A stretch of 64,000 nucleotides of DNA from assembly GCA_951406725.2 (NCBI GenBank), contig OX597843.1:5518001-5582000 (forward strand). The letters are read 5' to 3'. Shown here one piece after another: positions 50,432 to 64,000 of the stretch. Made by a program: the position numbers and the translations under genes. Source of the stretch: Octopus vulgaris. Lineage: Eukaryota. Numbering within the stretch: the first letter of the stretch is position 1; each line of letters begins with the position of its first letter. Below the pieces are notes generated by a model that saw only the letters and a list, made by a program, of their open reading frames with translations, was not told where the DNA came from and did no database searches.

Positions 50432-51190
50432 ATGTATGCCTTTTACTTCCAGTTATGTTCCGGTTACTTCCATCGATCTTCCGTCAACAAGATCCACTGT
50501 CGACGACTGACGTGCAGTCCGAAACACTGGCCCCCGAGCAGCAGCAATAGCTGCAGCAACAGCTATGTTAACATTTCAACCCAACTCCAACCCACAGCTC
50601 AGTTTGCATTTGGTGCCACATCCCGAAAGTTCTCCAATGGAAACCAGAATATCCAGTCAGCGAGACGCCACGAAGGAGACAACATAGGCCAAGAATATTC
50701 TCTTATATATTCCAATTCCTCACTTGCTTACTACAAATCAGCCCAGTTGTTCCTGCAGCCGACGATGATCCTCTCCATAATAGGGGCCGGCTATCTGTGC
50801 TACATGTCCAAAAATGACTTTTTTCTGCAGGACCACGTCAATTACTTTGAACACCCGTTCGTTGCCGGTTGCATGTTCTTCGTCTTCAATTCTTACCTTT
50901 TCTTCATTGTTACCAAAGTAAGCCAGAGTTATCTACTGCGGATATATGTCCACGAGGACGAAAACAACTTTGTGGCTATCGTGCCCGGCCTATTTATGTC
51001 ACGTTCACAGCTGCATTTCACAGCGAACGATGTGACCCTCTCCTCTCGGAATGTCGTCTTACCATTCAAGAGAGGTAACTCTGTCATCAAAGGGAGATCA
51101 TTTATATTACACACTGATGATTTTCTCATACCAAAATATTACGATATTTTGCATCCAGCTAAAAGTGATGATGATAACGATGAAAAGTAA
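50432..51190 (+). CDS. TMEM70/TMEM186/TMEM223-family mitochondrial inner-membrane protein (closest to TMEM70-like); the start may instead lie on an upstream exon spliced to the acceptor at 50452
   Basis: Long open frame; Arg/Ser-rich N-terminus, LIY motif, two hydrophobic helices, then Y.LRIY...FVAI...F...DV and FIL..DDF..YY.IL resembling TMEM70 from memory; AATAAA signals just after the stop; in-frame acceptor ttttacttccag at 50441-50452. Confidence 0.75.
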   Translation: MYAFYFQLCSGYFHRSSVNKIHCRRLTCSPKHWPPSSSNSCSNSYVNISTQLQPTAQFAFGATSRKFSNGNQNIQSARRHEGDNIGQEYSLIYSNSSLAYYKSAQLFLQPTMILSIIGAGYLCYMSKNDFFLQDHVNYFEHPFVAGCMFFVFNSYLFFIVTKVSQSYLLRIYVHEDENNFVAIVPGLFMSRSQLHFTANDVTLSSRNVVLPFKRGNSVIKGRSFILHTDDFLIPKYYDILHPAKSDDDNDEK

Positions 51191-51443
51191 TAATTAATAA
51201 ATTAATTAGTTTGTAATAAAATTTTCTTATCTTGCACTGTTTTTGTTTTTGTTGTTGTTGTTGAAGAAATATACACTTAGGCGTAGGAGTGGCTGTGTGG
51301 TAAGTAGCTTGCTTACCAACAACATGGCTCCAGGTTCAATCCCACTGCATGGCACCTTGGGCAAGTGTCTTCTGCTATAGCCCAGGGCCGACCAATGCCT
51401 TGTGAGTGGATTTGGTAGACGGAAACTGAAAGAAGCCTGTCGT

Positions 51444-51509
<66 letters not shown>

Positions 51510-51727
51510 GTTTGCGTGTCTGTGTTTGTCCCGCTAGCATTGCTTGACAACCGATGCTGGTGTGTTTACGTCCCCGTAACTTAGCGGTTCGGCAAAAGAG
51601 ACCGATGGAATAAGTACTGGGCTTGCAAAGAAATAGTCCCGGGGTCGATTTGCTCGACTAAAGGCAGTGCTCCAGCATGGCCGCAGTCAAATGACTGAAA
51701 CAAGTAAAAGAGAGTATATATATATAT

Positions 51728-52081
51728 ATAATAACAAAGGGTAAAATTAATTAATTGAGAAGTAATCAATAATTTCACCAAGTAGAATTCGGGATGAAAA
51801 AAGGACCAATTCACGGTAAACTTAAGTAATACTTAATAATTAGGGTTCAGCAAAGATTTGCTTTACCAGATACCGAAGTTTAGAAATAGCAGCCAAAACC
51901 TTAGCTATTTAGTCTACTTTAAAAAGTTAGGGTTAGGGTTAGGGTTATTTAGTCTACTTTAAAATGTTAGGGTTAGGGCTCTCATTTTTAAAGTAGAAGA
52001 AATAGCTAAGGTTTTGGCTGCTATTTCTAAACTTCGTTATGTGGTAAAGCAAATCTTTGCTGAACCCTAATTATTAAGTAT

Positions 52082-52085
<4 letters not shown>
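51728..52085. mobile_element. (TA)n-embedded fold-back element, second subfamily, TTAGGG repeats in the loop; near-identical copy at ~54497-54810, single-arm relative at ~15445-15640
   Basis: Arms ~51826-51925 and ~51985-52085 inverted. Confidence 0.75.
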
Positions 52086-52128
<43 letters not shown>

Positions 52129-53009
52129 CATACATACATACATACATACATACATACATACACACACAGGCACACACTCATGGGAAGACACATGTACGGA
52201 TACATACAAAATGCTTGCATATATATATGTATGTCTAAAGATTCCGCCGGTTACGACGAGGAGGGTCCCAGCTGAAACGATCAACGGAACAGCTTGCTCG
52301 TGAAATTAACGTGCAAATGGCTAAGCATTCCACAGATACGTGTACCCTTAACGTAGTTCTCGGGGATAATCAGCGTGACACAGAGAGTGACAAGGCTGAC
52401 CCTTTGAAATACAAGTACAACTCATTTTTGCCAGCTGAGTGGACTGGAGCAACGCGAAATAAAGTGTCTTGGTCAAGGACACAACGCGTCGCCGGGAATC
52501 GAACTCACAACCTTACGATTATGAGCCGAATGCCTTAACCACTAAGCCACGCGCCCTCACTGTATGTATGTATGAAGGAATGAATGACAGATTGATAGAC
52601 AAACAGACAGTCAGACAGACAGACATATAGATAGATAGATATGTTTCTTTATTAGCCACGCAGGGCTGCACACAGACAGGACAAATTACAAGGTAGAGCT
52701 TTTCTTTTGGGGGTAAAGAAAAGGGGGTTTGGTTTTCGATCAAAAGGGATCGTAAAAGGAAAGGAAGAGGACAAAAAAGGAGGGGATAAAATTTTTTAAA
52801 ACAAGGGTTAGAGGAAAAAAATTGATCAATAGGGATCGTTATCACAGAAATATCAATATGAAGTGTAAAGGGGAGGACAGGCGAGGTTTACCCGTGGTAA
52901 GAAAAGCCTACGGAAAAGACCACGGTAACCTCGAGACAGGTAGATAGATAGACAGACAGACAGACAGATAGATAGATAGATAGATAGATAGACAGATAGA
53001 TAGACAGAC

Positions 53010-53043
<34 letters not shown>

Positions 53044-53519
53044 ATAGTGAGTGTATGTGGGTGGGTGGAGAGAGCCTTATGAAACCTTATAGGTACGTAT
53101 ATCCCCCTCCTCCCCTCATCCTACGTTTACCCCTCTCACTCCTCATAATTTTCCCTCTCTTTACTCTGTATATCTATCATGTCTACATATTTTTGCTATA
53201 TCTCTTTCTCTCGTTCCATGTAGCTATCTTCCTTCCTTTCTATATCTCTGTTTTTAACCCCTCTCTCACTCTCTATTTCTTTCTTTCTCCCTCCCTCCCT
53301 CACTCTCTCTTTCCTATCATTCCTCCCCCTCTACCACTCTGTCATATGTGCAACAACCAAAGTTCGAGTCGGTAACAACCGGCTCTTTCCGGCCTCTTCC
53401 CTTTCTTTCTCTCTGTTCCATGTAACTGTCTTCCTTTCACTCTCTCCCTCCCTCACTCTTTCCCATCATTCCTCCCCCTCTGCCACTCTGTTACGTGAGC
53501 AACAACCAAAGTTCGAGTC

Positions 53520-53653
53520 GGTAACATCCGGAAACACCCGGCTCTTTCCGGCCTCTTCTCAAGCAGACGACACCTTTCTAAAGAGACGTCCATTTGGCCT
53601 TTTGAGCCATTCTTCACGCAATCTTCCCTCTTTTCTACACTTTAAAGGTAAGA
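53520..53653 (+). promoter_or_regulatory. Probable TCT/5'TOP-type promoter and short non-coding first exon ending at donor AAG/GTAAGA (53648)
   Basis: CCGGAA and CTCTTTCC motifs, pyrimidine run ccctcttttc ~20 nt before a consensus donor, AT-rich intron-like sequence afterwards. Confidence 0.45.
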
Positions 53654-54808
53654 TTACTTTATTATTTCCAAAAAAAAATATTTAATTCCCTTCGTTTGCT
53701 TCAAATTTTGATTTTTTCTGGAAAAGCATTTTTCCCTCCAATTTTACGGTTAATTTGTTGAAAGAATGGAAAATGAGAAAAGCAAAAAAAAGTGAAAAAT
53801 ATTCTTGAAAAATGAATGAAAAATTGTTTCTCATCAATAAAATATCAGTAATTTATTGTATGTTTAATATATTATATGTCTTTTTATGTCGGTGAAATAA
53901 TAAAAATAATTTGTTTATGAACAGAAATATTGATATTTATGAACGAAGTTATATAAACAATTGTTTAAAATGATTTTTGTGTGAGAAATTCCCTTCGATT
54001 CGTCGAAGTTTTCAAACTTTTGGCCCTTTTCTTTCATCTTCATGTTTTGGGGAAAAGAAATATGTGAATGACTGTTATTATGTTTGTTGTCCACAAACGT
54101 TTACTCTGAGCATGTGTCCCAACCACATGGTTCTGGGTTCAGTCCCACTGCGTGCACCTTGGGCAAGTGCCTTCTACTATAGCCTCGGGCCGACCAAAGC
54201 CTTGTGAGTGGATTTGGTAGACGGAAACTGAAAGAAGTCTGTCGTGTATATGTATATAGATATGCGTGTGTGTTTGCGTGTCTGTGTTTGTCCCCCTAGC
54301 ATTGCTTGACAACCGATTCTGGTGTGTTTACGTCCCCGTAACTTAGCGGTTCGGCAAAAGGGACTGATAGAATAAGTACTGGGCTTACAAAGAAGAAGTC
54401 CTGGGGTCGATTTGCTCGACTAAAGGCGGTGCTCCAGCATGGCCGCAGTCAAATGACTGAAACAAGTAAAAGAGAGTGTATATATATATATATATAATAA
54501 CAAAGGGTAAAATTAATTAATTGAGAAGTAATCAATAATTTCACCAAGTAGAATTCGGGATGAAAAAAGGACCAATTCACGGTAAACTTAAGTAATACTT
54601 AATAATTAGGGTTCAGCAAAGATTTGCTTTACCAGATACCGAAGTTTAGAAATAGCAGCCAAAACCTTAGCTATTTAGTCTACTTTAAAAAGTTAGGGTT
54701 AGGGTTCTAATTTTTAAAGTAGAAGAAATACCTAAGGTTTTGGCTGCTATTTCTAAACTTCGGTATGTGGTAAAGCAAATCTTTGCTGAACCCTAATTAT
54801 TAAGTATT

Positions 54809-54934
<126 letters not shown>

Positions 54935-54965
54935 AATGGGAAGACACATGCACGCATATATAATG

Positions 54966-55065
54966 NNNNNNNNNNNNNNNNNNNNNNNNNNNNNNNNNNN
55001 NNNNNNNNNNNNNNNNNNNNNNNNNNNNNNNNNNNNNNNNNNNNNNNNNNNNNNNNNNNNNNNNN
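54966..55065. other. Assembly gap (100 N)
   Basis: Run of N. Confidence 1.
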
Positions 55066-55076
55066 TACATACATAC

Positions 55077-55157
55077 CTAGGTGACCTCTTCCTTGTCACA
55101 GCCAAAGTGCAGGAACGTTGACCTCCGCTTCTCCAACCTTGGTTCCTGTTCATTTCA
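55077..55157 (-). CDS. Possible isolated 81-nt internal exon of an unknown gene (EMNRNQGWRSGGQRSCTLAVTRKRSP)
   Basis: tcttttgttag acceptor and gtatgt donor, length a multiple of 3, balanced composition; next to the gap; no homology recognised. Confidence 0.3.
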
Positions 55158-55334
55158 CTAACAAAAGACTTTAAGAGTTCTTTGAACTTTTTTTTTTACC
55201 ATTTCCATGTTTAAATAGAATTTAGAAGGATTGGAGTGAACCGGGAGGTGGGGGTGTGTGTGCACTTGCACAGGGTTTGCAGATGGTGGTGGTGGTGGTG
55301 GTAGTAGTGGTAGATGTGATGATGGTGTTAGCAG

Positions 55335-55860
55335 TGTAGTGGTGGTGGTGATTGTGATGGTTGTAGTAGTAGTGGTGTTGGTGATTGTGATGGTTGTAGT
55401 AGTAGTGGTGTTGGTGGTGGTGGTGTAGGGTGTAGTGGTGGTGGTGATTGTGATGGTTGTAGTAGTAGTGGTGGTGGTGATTGTGATGGTTGTAGTAGTA
55501 GTGGTGTTGGTGATTGTGATGGTTGTAGTAGTAGTGGTGTTGGTGATTGTGATGGTTGTAGTAGTAGTGGTGGTGGTGGTTGTGATGGGTGTAGTGGTGG
55601 TGGTGATTGTGATGGTTGTAGTAGTAGTGGTGTTGGTGATTGTGATGGTTGTAGTAGTAGTGGTGTTGGTGATTGTGATGGTTGTAGTAGTAGTGGTGTT
55701 GGTGATTGTGATGGTTGTAGTAGTAGTGGTGGTGGTGATTGTGATGGTTGTAGTAGTAGTGGTGTTGGTGATTGTGATGGTTGTAGTAGTAGTAGTAGTG
55801 GTGGTGATTGTAGTAGTGGTAGTAGTGGTGGTGGTGGTGTGTAGTAGTAGTAGTAGTAAG
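55335..55860. repeat. 33-bp GT-rich minisatellite
   Basis: Repeats of GTAGTAGTAGTGGTGTTGGTGATTGTGATGGTT. Confidence 0.9.
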
Positions 55861-56154
55861 TCAAGTTGTGGTATTGGTTCTAGTATGCTTGTAACATTCC
55901 ACATTATACGCTTCATACACACACCAAATCTGCTAGAAATGGCAGCCAAGTTCCCTTCAACTTATAACTTTATTCCACCATGTAAGGCTTGGGATCACAG
56001 CCCCTTTTAGGAGTCAAAAATTTTGGTTGCTGGACTGGAGCAAAGTTATCCCATATCGCAAAACTCCGGGGTTCAAATCATTTCAGCAGAGTGGGCCCTA
56101 AATACAGGTATATAATCCTTTATCCGGAAAGCTAAAATCCAGAAAGCCCCCCAA

Positions 56155-57941
56155 AACTGAAGCATAGTGTGTGTGTGTTTATGCTCCAATAAGAATCCCC
56201 AAAGCAGTCTCGAAATAGCAACCAAATTTCCCTCAACAAAGAGATTGTGTGTGTGTGTGTGTGTGAAAAATGGGTCTCAAGACAGCCTTGCCATAGTTAC
56301 CAAATCTTTTCATTAAGCACAAAAATTTAAATAAATTTATCTTTATTATTTTTTTACCCCTTAACATTGTTGCTGTTTTGTCTGTTAAATGGTGGTTTGG
56401 GTTTCAAATCCTTCTCCCAGTCTAAAAATTTTTTTTTTTTTTGTTTACTTGGTAGTCATTTGACTATGCTGGAGTAAACAATGAAGCATATCCTTTGTGT
56501 GTGTGTGTGTCTCTTTTGAACCGCTAAATGGGTCGTCAAACACACCAGCATTGTCAAGCGATGTTACCAAACAGACACAAATATATTTAAATAATATATA
56601 TATTTTACCCCTTAACATTGTTACTGCTTTGTCTGTTAAATGGTGGTTAGGGTTTCAAATCCTTCCAGTCTAAAAATTATATTCTAATTGGTATGGTGTT
56701 AGAACTAATCTGGAGTAAACTGAAGAACCATAGTGTGTGTGTGTGTGTGAAAAATGGGTCTCAAGACAGCCTTGCCATAATTACCAAATTTAAATAAATT
56801 TAAATATCTTTATTTTTTTACCCCTTAACATTGTTGCTGCTTTGTCTGTTAAATGGTGGTTTGGGTTTCAATTCCTACCTGGTCTAAAAATTATTTTCTT
56901 GTTATTAAGTGAAGTTGTATTATGATTACAGACAAGTGGCTAGAGAGGGTCACAACTGGAGTGTTGTTAATTATAATTGGTCTGGTAAAGTAGAACTGAT
57001 CTGGAGTAAACAATGAAGCATAGTGTGTGTGTGTGTGTGTGTTTATGCTCCTATAAGAATCCCCAAAGCAGTCTCGAAATAGCAACCAAATTTCCCTCAA
57101 CAAAGAGATTGTGTGTGTGTGTGTGTGTGTGTGAAAAATGGGTCTCAAGACAGCCTTGCCATAGTTACCAAATCTTTTCATTAAGCACAAAAATTTAAAT
57201 AAATTTAAATATCTTTATTTTTTACCCTTTAACATTGTTACTGCTTTGTCTGTTAAATGGTGGTTTGGGTTTCAATTCCTTCCCAGTCTAAAAATTATTT
57301 TTTATTAACTGAAATTGGTCTGGTGGAGTAGAACTGATCTGGAGTAAACAATGAAGCATAGTGTGTGTGTGTGTGTGTGTGAAAAATGGGTCTCAAGACA
57401 GCCTTGCCATAGTTACCAAATCTTTTCATTAAGCACAAAAATTTAAATATCTTTATTTTTTTTTTTTTTACCCCTTTAACATTGTTGCTGCTTTGTCTGT
57501 TAAATGGTGGTTTGGGTTTCAAATTCCTTCTCAGTCTAAAAATTTTTTTTTTATTAACTGAAATAAATTTAAATATCTTTATAGACACTGATCTGGTCTG
57601 TTAAATGGTGGTTTGGGTTTCAATTCCTTGAAGCATAGTTTTGTAGAACTGATCTGGAGTAAACAATGAAGTGTGTGTGTGTGTGTGTGTGTGTCAAGAC
57701 AGCCTTGCCATAGTTACCAAATTCTTTTTCATTAAGGCACAAAAATTTAAATAAATTTAAATATCTTTATTTTTTTTTACCCTTTAACATTGTTGCTGTT
57801 TTGTCTGTTAAATGGTGGTTTGGGTTTCAATTCCTTCCCAGTCTAAAAATTAATTTTTTGTTATTAACTGAAAGTGGTTAGAGATGGTCACAACTGAGTG
57901 TCTGGTGGAGTAGAACTGATCTGGAAGTAAACAATGAAGCA

Positions 57942-57979
<38 letters not shown>

Positions 57980-60101
57980 AATGGGTCTCAAGACAGCCTT
58001 GCCATAATTACCAAATTTAAATAAATTTAAATATCTTTATTTTTTTTTTACCCCTTAACATTGTTGCTGCTCTGTCTGTTCAATATGGTGGTTTGGGTTT
58101 CAATGTCCTTCCCTGGTCTAAAAAATTTTTTTTGGTGGTTTGAGTTTCAATACCTGTCTAAAAGTAATTTTTTTTGGTGTCTGGGTTTCAATGTCTTCCC
58201 AGTCTAAAAGTAATTCTTTATTTTTTTGAGTTTCAATGTCTTCCAGTCTAAAAGTAATTGGTTTGGGCTCAATTCTTCCTGGTCTAAAAATTTTTTTTTT
58301 GGTGGTTTGGGTTTCAATGTCTTCCTGTCTAAATGAATTTAAATATCTTTATTTTTTTATTTTTTTTGGTGGTTCTGTCTGTTAAAATGGTGGTTTGGGT
58401 TTCAATGTTTTCCTGGTCTAAAAAATTTTTTTTTTTTTGTTATTTTACTGAAATAGATTTAAATATCTGAATTTTCCCATTAATTTTGTAGCTGGGGTTT
58501 ATTTCCCAGTACAGAAGTATGGCATAACAATGGTTGAGGTTTCAAACCCTGGTACAAAAATTTATTTTTTTTCCACTAGAGACACGTATACACAAAAGTG
58601 GAAAAAATCTTGATATTCCTGGCAGAGGTTTGAAACCTGTCAAATCCATTAAGCTTATGCCACTACTTCTAGCACCTTACCTACTAGGCCACCGAAACTG
58701 CTACATATATATATTAATGGGAAAACCAGATGTTGCAAATCTTGTATTTCAACTATATATATGTCACAAAGAAAAAAAATTGGAGGGTGGGGGTGTATAT
58801 AGTTTGAAACGCAACGGAGATGATACAAAAAATTACTTTTAGGCTAATTATATACCCAAACCAGGCTGGTATGAAAAGACAAAGCAGAAAAAAAATGTGT
58901 AGAGTGAAAAAAGGGGGGGGGAAGGGCTGGTGAAGGAATACTAAAGATTTTACTCGTTTCAGTAATTTGACTGCAAGGCCATGCTGGAGCACCGCCATTT
59001 TAGTCGAGCACACACACGATACATACATACAGGACTTATGCTTCGTTGTTTACTGCAGATCAGTTCTACTCCTCCAATTCCAATTTCAGTTAATAAAAAA
59101 AAAAATTTTTAGATTGAGAAGGATTTGAAACCCTAACCACCTATTTAATAGATAAAGGCAGCAACACATGTTAATTTAAAAAAAATAAAGATATTTAAAG
59201 GTGGTTTGGTCAACTAATGAAAAGATTTGGTAACTATGGCAAGGCTGTCTTGAGACCCAATTTTGGCACTACACACACATGCACACACACACACACACTA
59301 TGCTTCATTGTTTACTCCAGATTAGTTCTTACTCTACCAGACCAATGTATAATTAACGATACCCAGTTGTGACCATCTCTAGCCACTTGTCTATAATCAT
59401 AATACTTCACTTAATAACAAGAAAATAATGTATTTAGACTGGGAATATATTGAAACCCATATATACATTTATATAGACAAAGCATATATATATGTATATA
59501 TATATGTTACAGGGGAAAATAAAGATATTTCAATTTATTTCAGTTAATAACATATATACATATAAAAAATTACTTTTTGACTGGGAAGGAATATGAAACC
59601 CAAACCACCATTTAACAGATCAAAACAGCAACATATGTTAAGGGTAAAAACGATAATATATATTTACAATATTATTTCAGTTAATATACAAAAATGTAAA
59701 AATTACTTTTAGACTGTATATATTGAAACCCATATACCACATTTAACAGACATATATACAGTATACATATATTATAGGGGTATACAAAAAAAAGATATAT
59801 ATATATATATACATTTCAGTTATATAACATATATGTGTATATAAAAAAATATATTTGTATATATATATATGTGTATATTGAAACCCAAACCAACATTTAA
59901 CAGACAAAGCAACAACAATGTGTATAGGGGAAAATAAAGATATGTTATATATATGTATATATATATATATACATATATGTGTATATATATGTGTAATATA
60001 TATACATATATATGTGTATATATATAGTGTATATATATACATATATATGTGTATATATATATAAGCATATATATGTGTATATATATACGTATAAATACAT
60101 A

Positions 60102-60148
<47 letters not shown>

Positions 60149-61290
60149 ACTGGGAAGGAATTGAAACCCAAACCATACATTTATACAGTACAAAGCAACA
60201 ACAATGTTAAGGGGTATATAATAAAGATATTTCTATATTTATTTCAGTTAATACATAAAAAATATAAATTACTTTTTGACTATATATTGAAACCCAAACC
60301 ACCATATATATACAGACATATAACAGCAACATATATGTTATAGGGGTATATATATATAAAAGATATTTCAATATTATTTCAGTTATATAACATATATAAA
60401 AAAAAAATATTTTTGACTGGGAAGGAATTGAAACCCAAACCAACATTGGTGATACAGACAAAGGGACCAACAAAACATCCAGATAGACGATACAAAAATA
60501 AAGATATTTCAATTTATTTCAGTTAATACACAAAAAAATTACATATATATATACTCTAAATGGAATTTGTTTCTAAACCACCATTTATACAGCAAAACAG
60601 GTGTTGAACAATGTTAGGTTTTGGGGAAAAAAAGATCATTCTCTTTTAGTTTATTATGTAATATATTTTGATTATAATACTTTGACTGGGAAGGAATTGA
60701 ATACCATACTAAATTCTGGTGCAACATTTAACTTAGGACAAAGCATTCAACAATGTTATATATATATATAGATATTTCAATTTATTTCAGTTAATATACA
60801 AAATGAATTACTTTTTGACTGGGAAGGAATTAGAAATAGCAGCCAAATCTTCAACATTTAACAGACAAAACAGCAACTGTTTTAAGTGTGTATAAAAAAA
60901 ATGATATTTCTTTATTGCCTACAAGGGGCTAAACAAAAAAAAAATACTTTTTGACTGGGAAGGAATTGAAATCAACCACCATTTAACAGACAAAAACAGC
61001 AACAATGTTAAGGGGAATTTTGAACTTAACATAGCAAAATGAAATACCTATTTATTTCATTACCCACAAGGGGCTAAAACACAGAGGGCACAAACAAGGA
61101 CAGACATAAGAATTAAGTTGATTACATTGAAACCCAAACCACCATTTAACAGACACATTTAAACAGCAACAGGATGTTAAGGCAAAAAGATCGACCTCGG
61201 CGAATTTCAGAACTCACAAAAACGTAACGCAGAAAAAATACCGCTAAGCATTCGACTGGGGAAGGAATTGAAACCCAAACCACAGAAATA
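56155..61290. repeat. Satellite-like array: direct units to ~58430, the same units inverted and degraded from ~59040
   Basis: Recurrent gaaaaatgggtctcaagacagccttgccata and gtctgttaaatggtggtttgggtttcaa; reverse complements on the right. Confidence 0.85.
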
Positions 61291-61999
61291 GAGTAATAAC
61301 TCTTTAGCATTCAGATTATGCTGTCAAATGTAATCCTTATTGAAGTATTGAATAATCCTGCATTATCACAGAAAAAGGTTTTACGTATCTCTAATGATGT
61401 GATTGTTTATTTTTAGAATGACATTGCAGGATAGGTGTGAGAGGCTGGATCTGGCCGGTTTGAACATAAAGCGGACAGAATTTCAAGAGCAGTGGCCAAA
61501 GAGTGGGGGTGAGTTAAACCCCAAAGGAATCTACAACTTTTCGTAGGTTTGCTTACCACAACAGCTCACTTGTGTATATATGTGGATATATCCTTAACTT
61601 TGGCCAGCTCAAAACATCTTAAAAATCCTAAGGGAGGAACCAGTACTTGTTCTTTCTCTCTCTCTTTTTTTTTTTTCAGGCCCCTATCAGTCTCTCTAAG
61701 CGGAGGTGTCTTCAGCTCTGGTGTATGGGTGCAGTAGTATATATACGATGGGGCTTCTTTCACCCACATCCCATACACGGCACAAATGTAGCGATGGCAG
61801 TGTATTTTTGTATATATATATATATACATATACACACACACATACAGGTGTATGATATATATGCTCGCACACGTGTATAATTTGCTAGTACCCATTTTAA
61901 AATGATCTGATATATAGATGTATATATGTATATATATATATATATATAATGTATATATATATATATATATATGTATATATGATTGCACATATATGTATG

Positions 62000-62030
<31 letters not shown>

Positions 62031-62047
62031 GATTGCACATATATATA

Positions 62048-62078
<31 letters not shown>

Positions 62079-64000
62079 GTATATACATACATGTATACAT
62101 ATATATGTATGTATAAAGATGTGTGTAGTATGCCAACCCAATATATGTATATATGTGTGTGTGTGCGTATATATATATATGATATATATTGATGCGTGTG
62201 TGTGTAACTTATGCCATATACATAAGTTTTGCATGTCATACATATTTATATATAAACAATGTTGAATTTGTCTATTCAGTGTTTATTCATGAATTTCCAC
62301 GCAATGGCCCATGGGTTAGAAGAGTACATGCGGACTCGCGGTTTCGATGTCCCTGTGCTGGGCAGTTTCCGTGAGTGTATATGGGGTCAGCAGAAAAACA
62401 CCCACACACATAAGCTCCACAAGTGTCCTTCACTGCAGGAATTCATCCACGGCCATGGTGGTGATCCCGTGTACTCTTTCACCACAATGCTCGTCTCTCT
62501 CTCTTACTTCCTGTTTCTGTTGTACCTGTATTTCAAAGGCGTACGACAGGCCATGTCACGTCGGTCATGTGTCGACTGCTCGAATCTGCCTTGAGAACCG
62601 TACGTTAAGGGTACACGTATATATATAAGCTGTTAGTATATATATAAGCTGCTTATCATAAACCACTTTTCCAACTCTCTAACTTCTTTCCAGTCGCCAG
62701 AAACAGGAAGACTTCTCCAATGGCCCCAGTATCACACACCACAAATATCTTGTTGGCACTGGTTGCCATTACGTAAAAGTCGGAGAACTCGCTGAAATAT
62801 TGTAAGTTGGTTTACGTTTATCCAAGATTTTGAGGCCAAAACCGTAGGTTCTTATGCTGGTGCCACGTAAAAAGCACTCAGTCCACTCTGCAGGGTGGTG
62901 ACATAAATTGGAAGGTCATCACGGTTCTGGTCAGTTTCATTTAGACTGACCTCACCTGTGCTGGTGCCAGAGTAAAAAGACCCTACTCAGTCCACTCTGT
63001 TTCAGTCATATGGCACTGCGGCCATGCTGGAGCATCCAGCCTATAAAAACGGTCGAGCAAATCGACCCTGTGGACTTATTCTTTGTAAGCCTAGTACTTA
63101 TTCTATCGGTCTCTTTTTGCCGAAGGGCATCCAGCCATAGTGACGGGGACATATAGACACACCAGCATATGTGTTGTATAAGCAATGCTAGGGTGTATAA
63201 ACACAGACACACATACACATAAGTGTATGGTATATATATACATATATACAGAACAGGCTTCTTTCAGTGTGTATAAGGTACAAGGCATTGGTCGGCGGGG
63301 GTATAGCAGAAGACACTTGCCCAAGATGCCACACAGTTCCCTGGCTTTGTGGCTGGTTAGGCCTAAGCTTCTCTTGAGCACAATGTAACCAAAGGCTTCG
63401 GTCATTGTTCATATTCTCTATGTAAGGCCCAACGCTCAGAGTGAAGGCACATGGCCCTAGTGGTTAGGATGATTGCATTTACAGTCAGGAGATTGCGGGT
63501 TCAATCTCCAGGACTGGGTGGTGTGTTATTTATGAGCAAATATCTAAGCTTCATTCCACGTGGCTCTGCCAGGCGAACTTCTGTTGGCAGAATTGTTAGT
63601 GCACCATTCTGAGTTCAAATCCCACCAAACTGAAGAAGGCAACTGGAAGCCACTCCAGTATTCATCCAAAGTCATGGATGGCTGTAGTTCCAGTAATGTA
63701 CTTAATGGCCGCAGGGGAGGGCACAGGACCTGCCCAAGGGCTGACCACCACTAAACTAGAGACTTAACAGCATGTGTTAACTGTTTTATTGCCTTATCAT
63801 GCGACACCAGCATATGAGGTATAAAAAAACAAATGTGTAAATAAATATCAAAAAGGGATCATGTTAAAACTCACTCTGTTACGATGCGTCCAAAGCGTTG
63901 TAGGATGTACACGTGTTTCACCAAAATGCTGAACTGATTACATAACATTAGAGACATTATGCAATCAAGCATTACACCTCATCAGTGTCCTGCCACAGAT

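Noticed and set aside
50455-50550. ATG at 50455 as the start of the TMEM70-like gene
   Set aside because: Different frame that stops at 50550.
55158-56010. Thr-rich mucin-like and poly-Val ORFs
   Set aside because: Simple 33-bp repeat open in several frames on both strands; no supporting domain.

Overview
AT-rich, microsatellite- and SINE-dense animal genomic DNA; the repeat families and gene sequences look like a cephalopod (Octopus-like), which is an inference. The main gene is ELMO (engulfment and cell motility; CED-12 family) on the minus strand, CDS 42048 to 11661. Nineteen intact GT-AG exons with consistent phases can be read directly, and one expected exon (~31690-31775) is present only in a damaged form. 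Also present: the first coding exon of an unidentified Cys-rich gene (-, 1350-2208), a TMEM70-family membrane protein ORF (+, ~50432-51190), a probable TCT/5'TOP first exon (~53625-53647), an R4/Dong-type retrotransposon 3' fragment inside an (AAT)n tract, RTE and Tc1 fragments, two non-autonomous Helitrons, several MITEs, many SINEs and a 100-N gap. Sequence after the gap looks like low-quality consensus. The most interesting signals are: (i) a family of (TA)n-embedded fold-back elements whose diverged copies keep the same multi-helix fold with compensatory changes ending in GAAA(T/G)AGCAGCYAAA, a candidate undescribed structured RNA; (ii) Penelope-type hammerhead ribozyme cores, one near-intact and sense to the ELMO pre-mRNA; (iii) a TIR element with a 15-bp target-site duplication.
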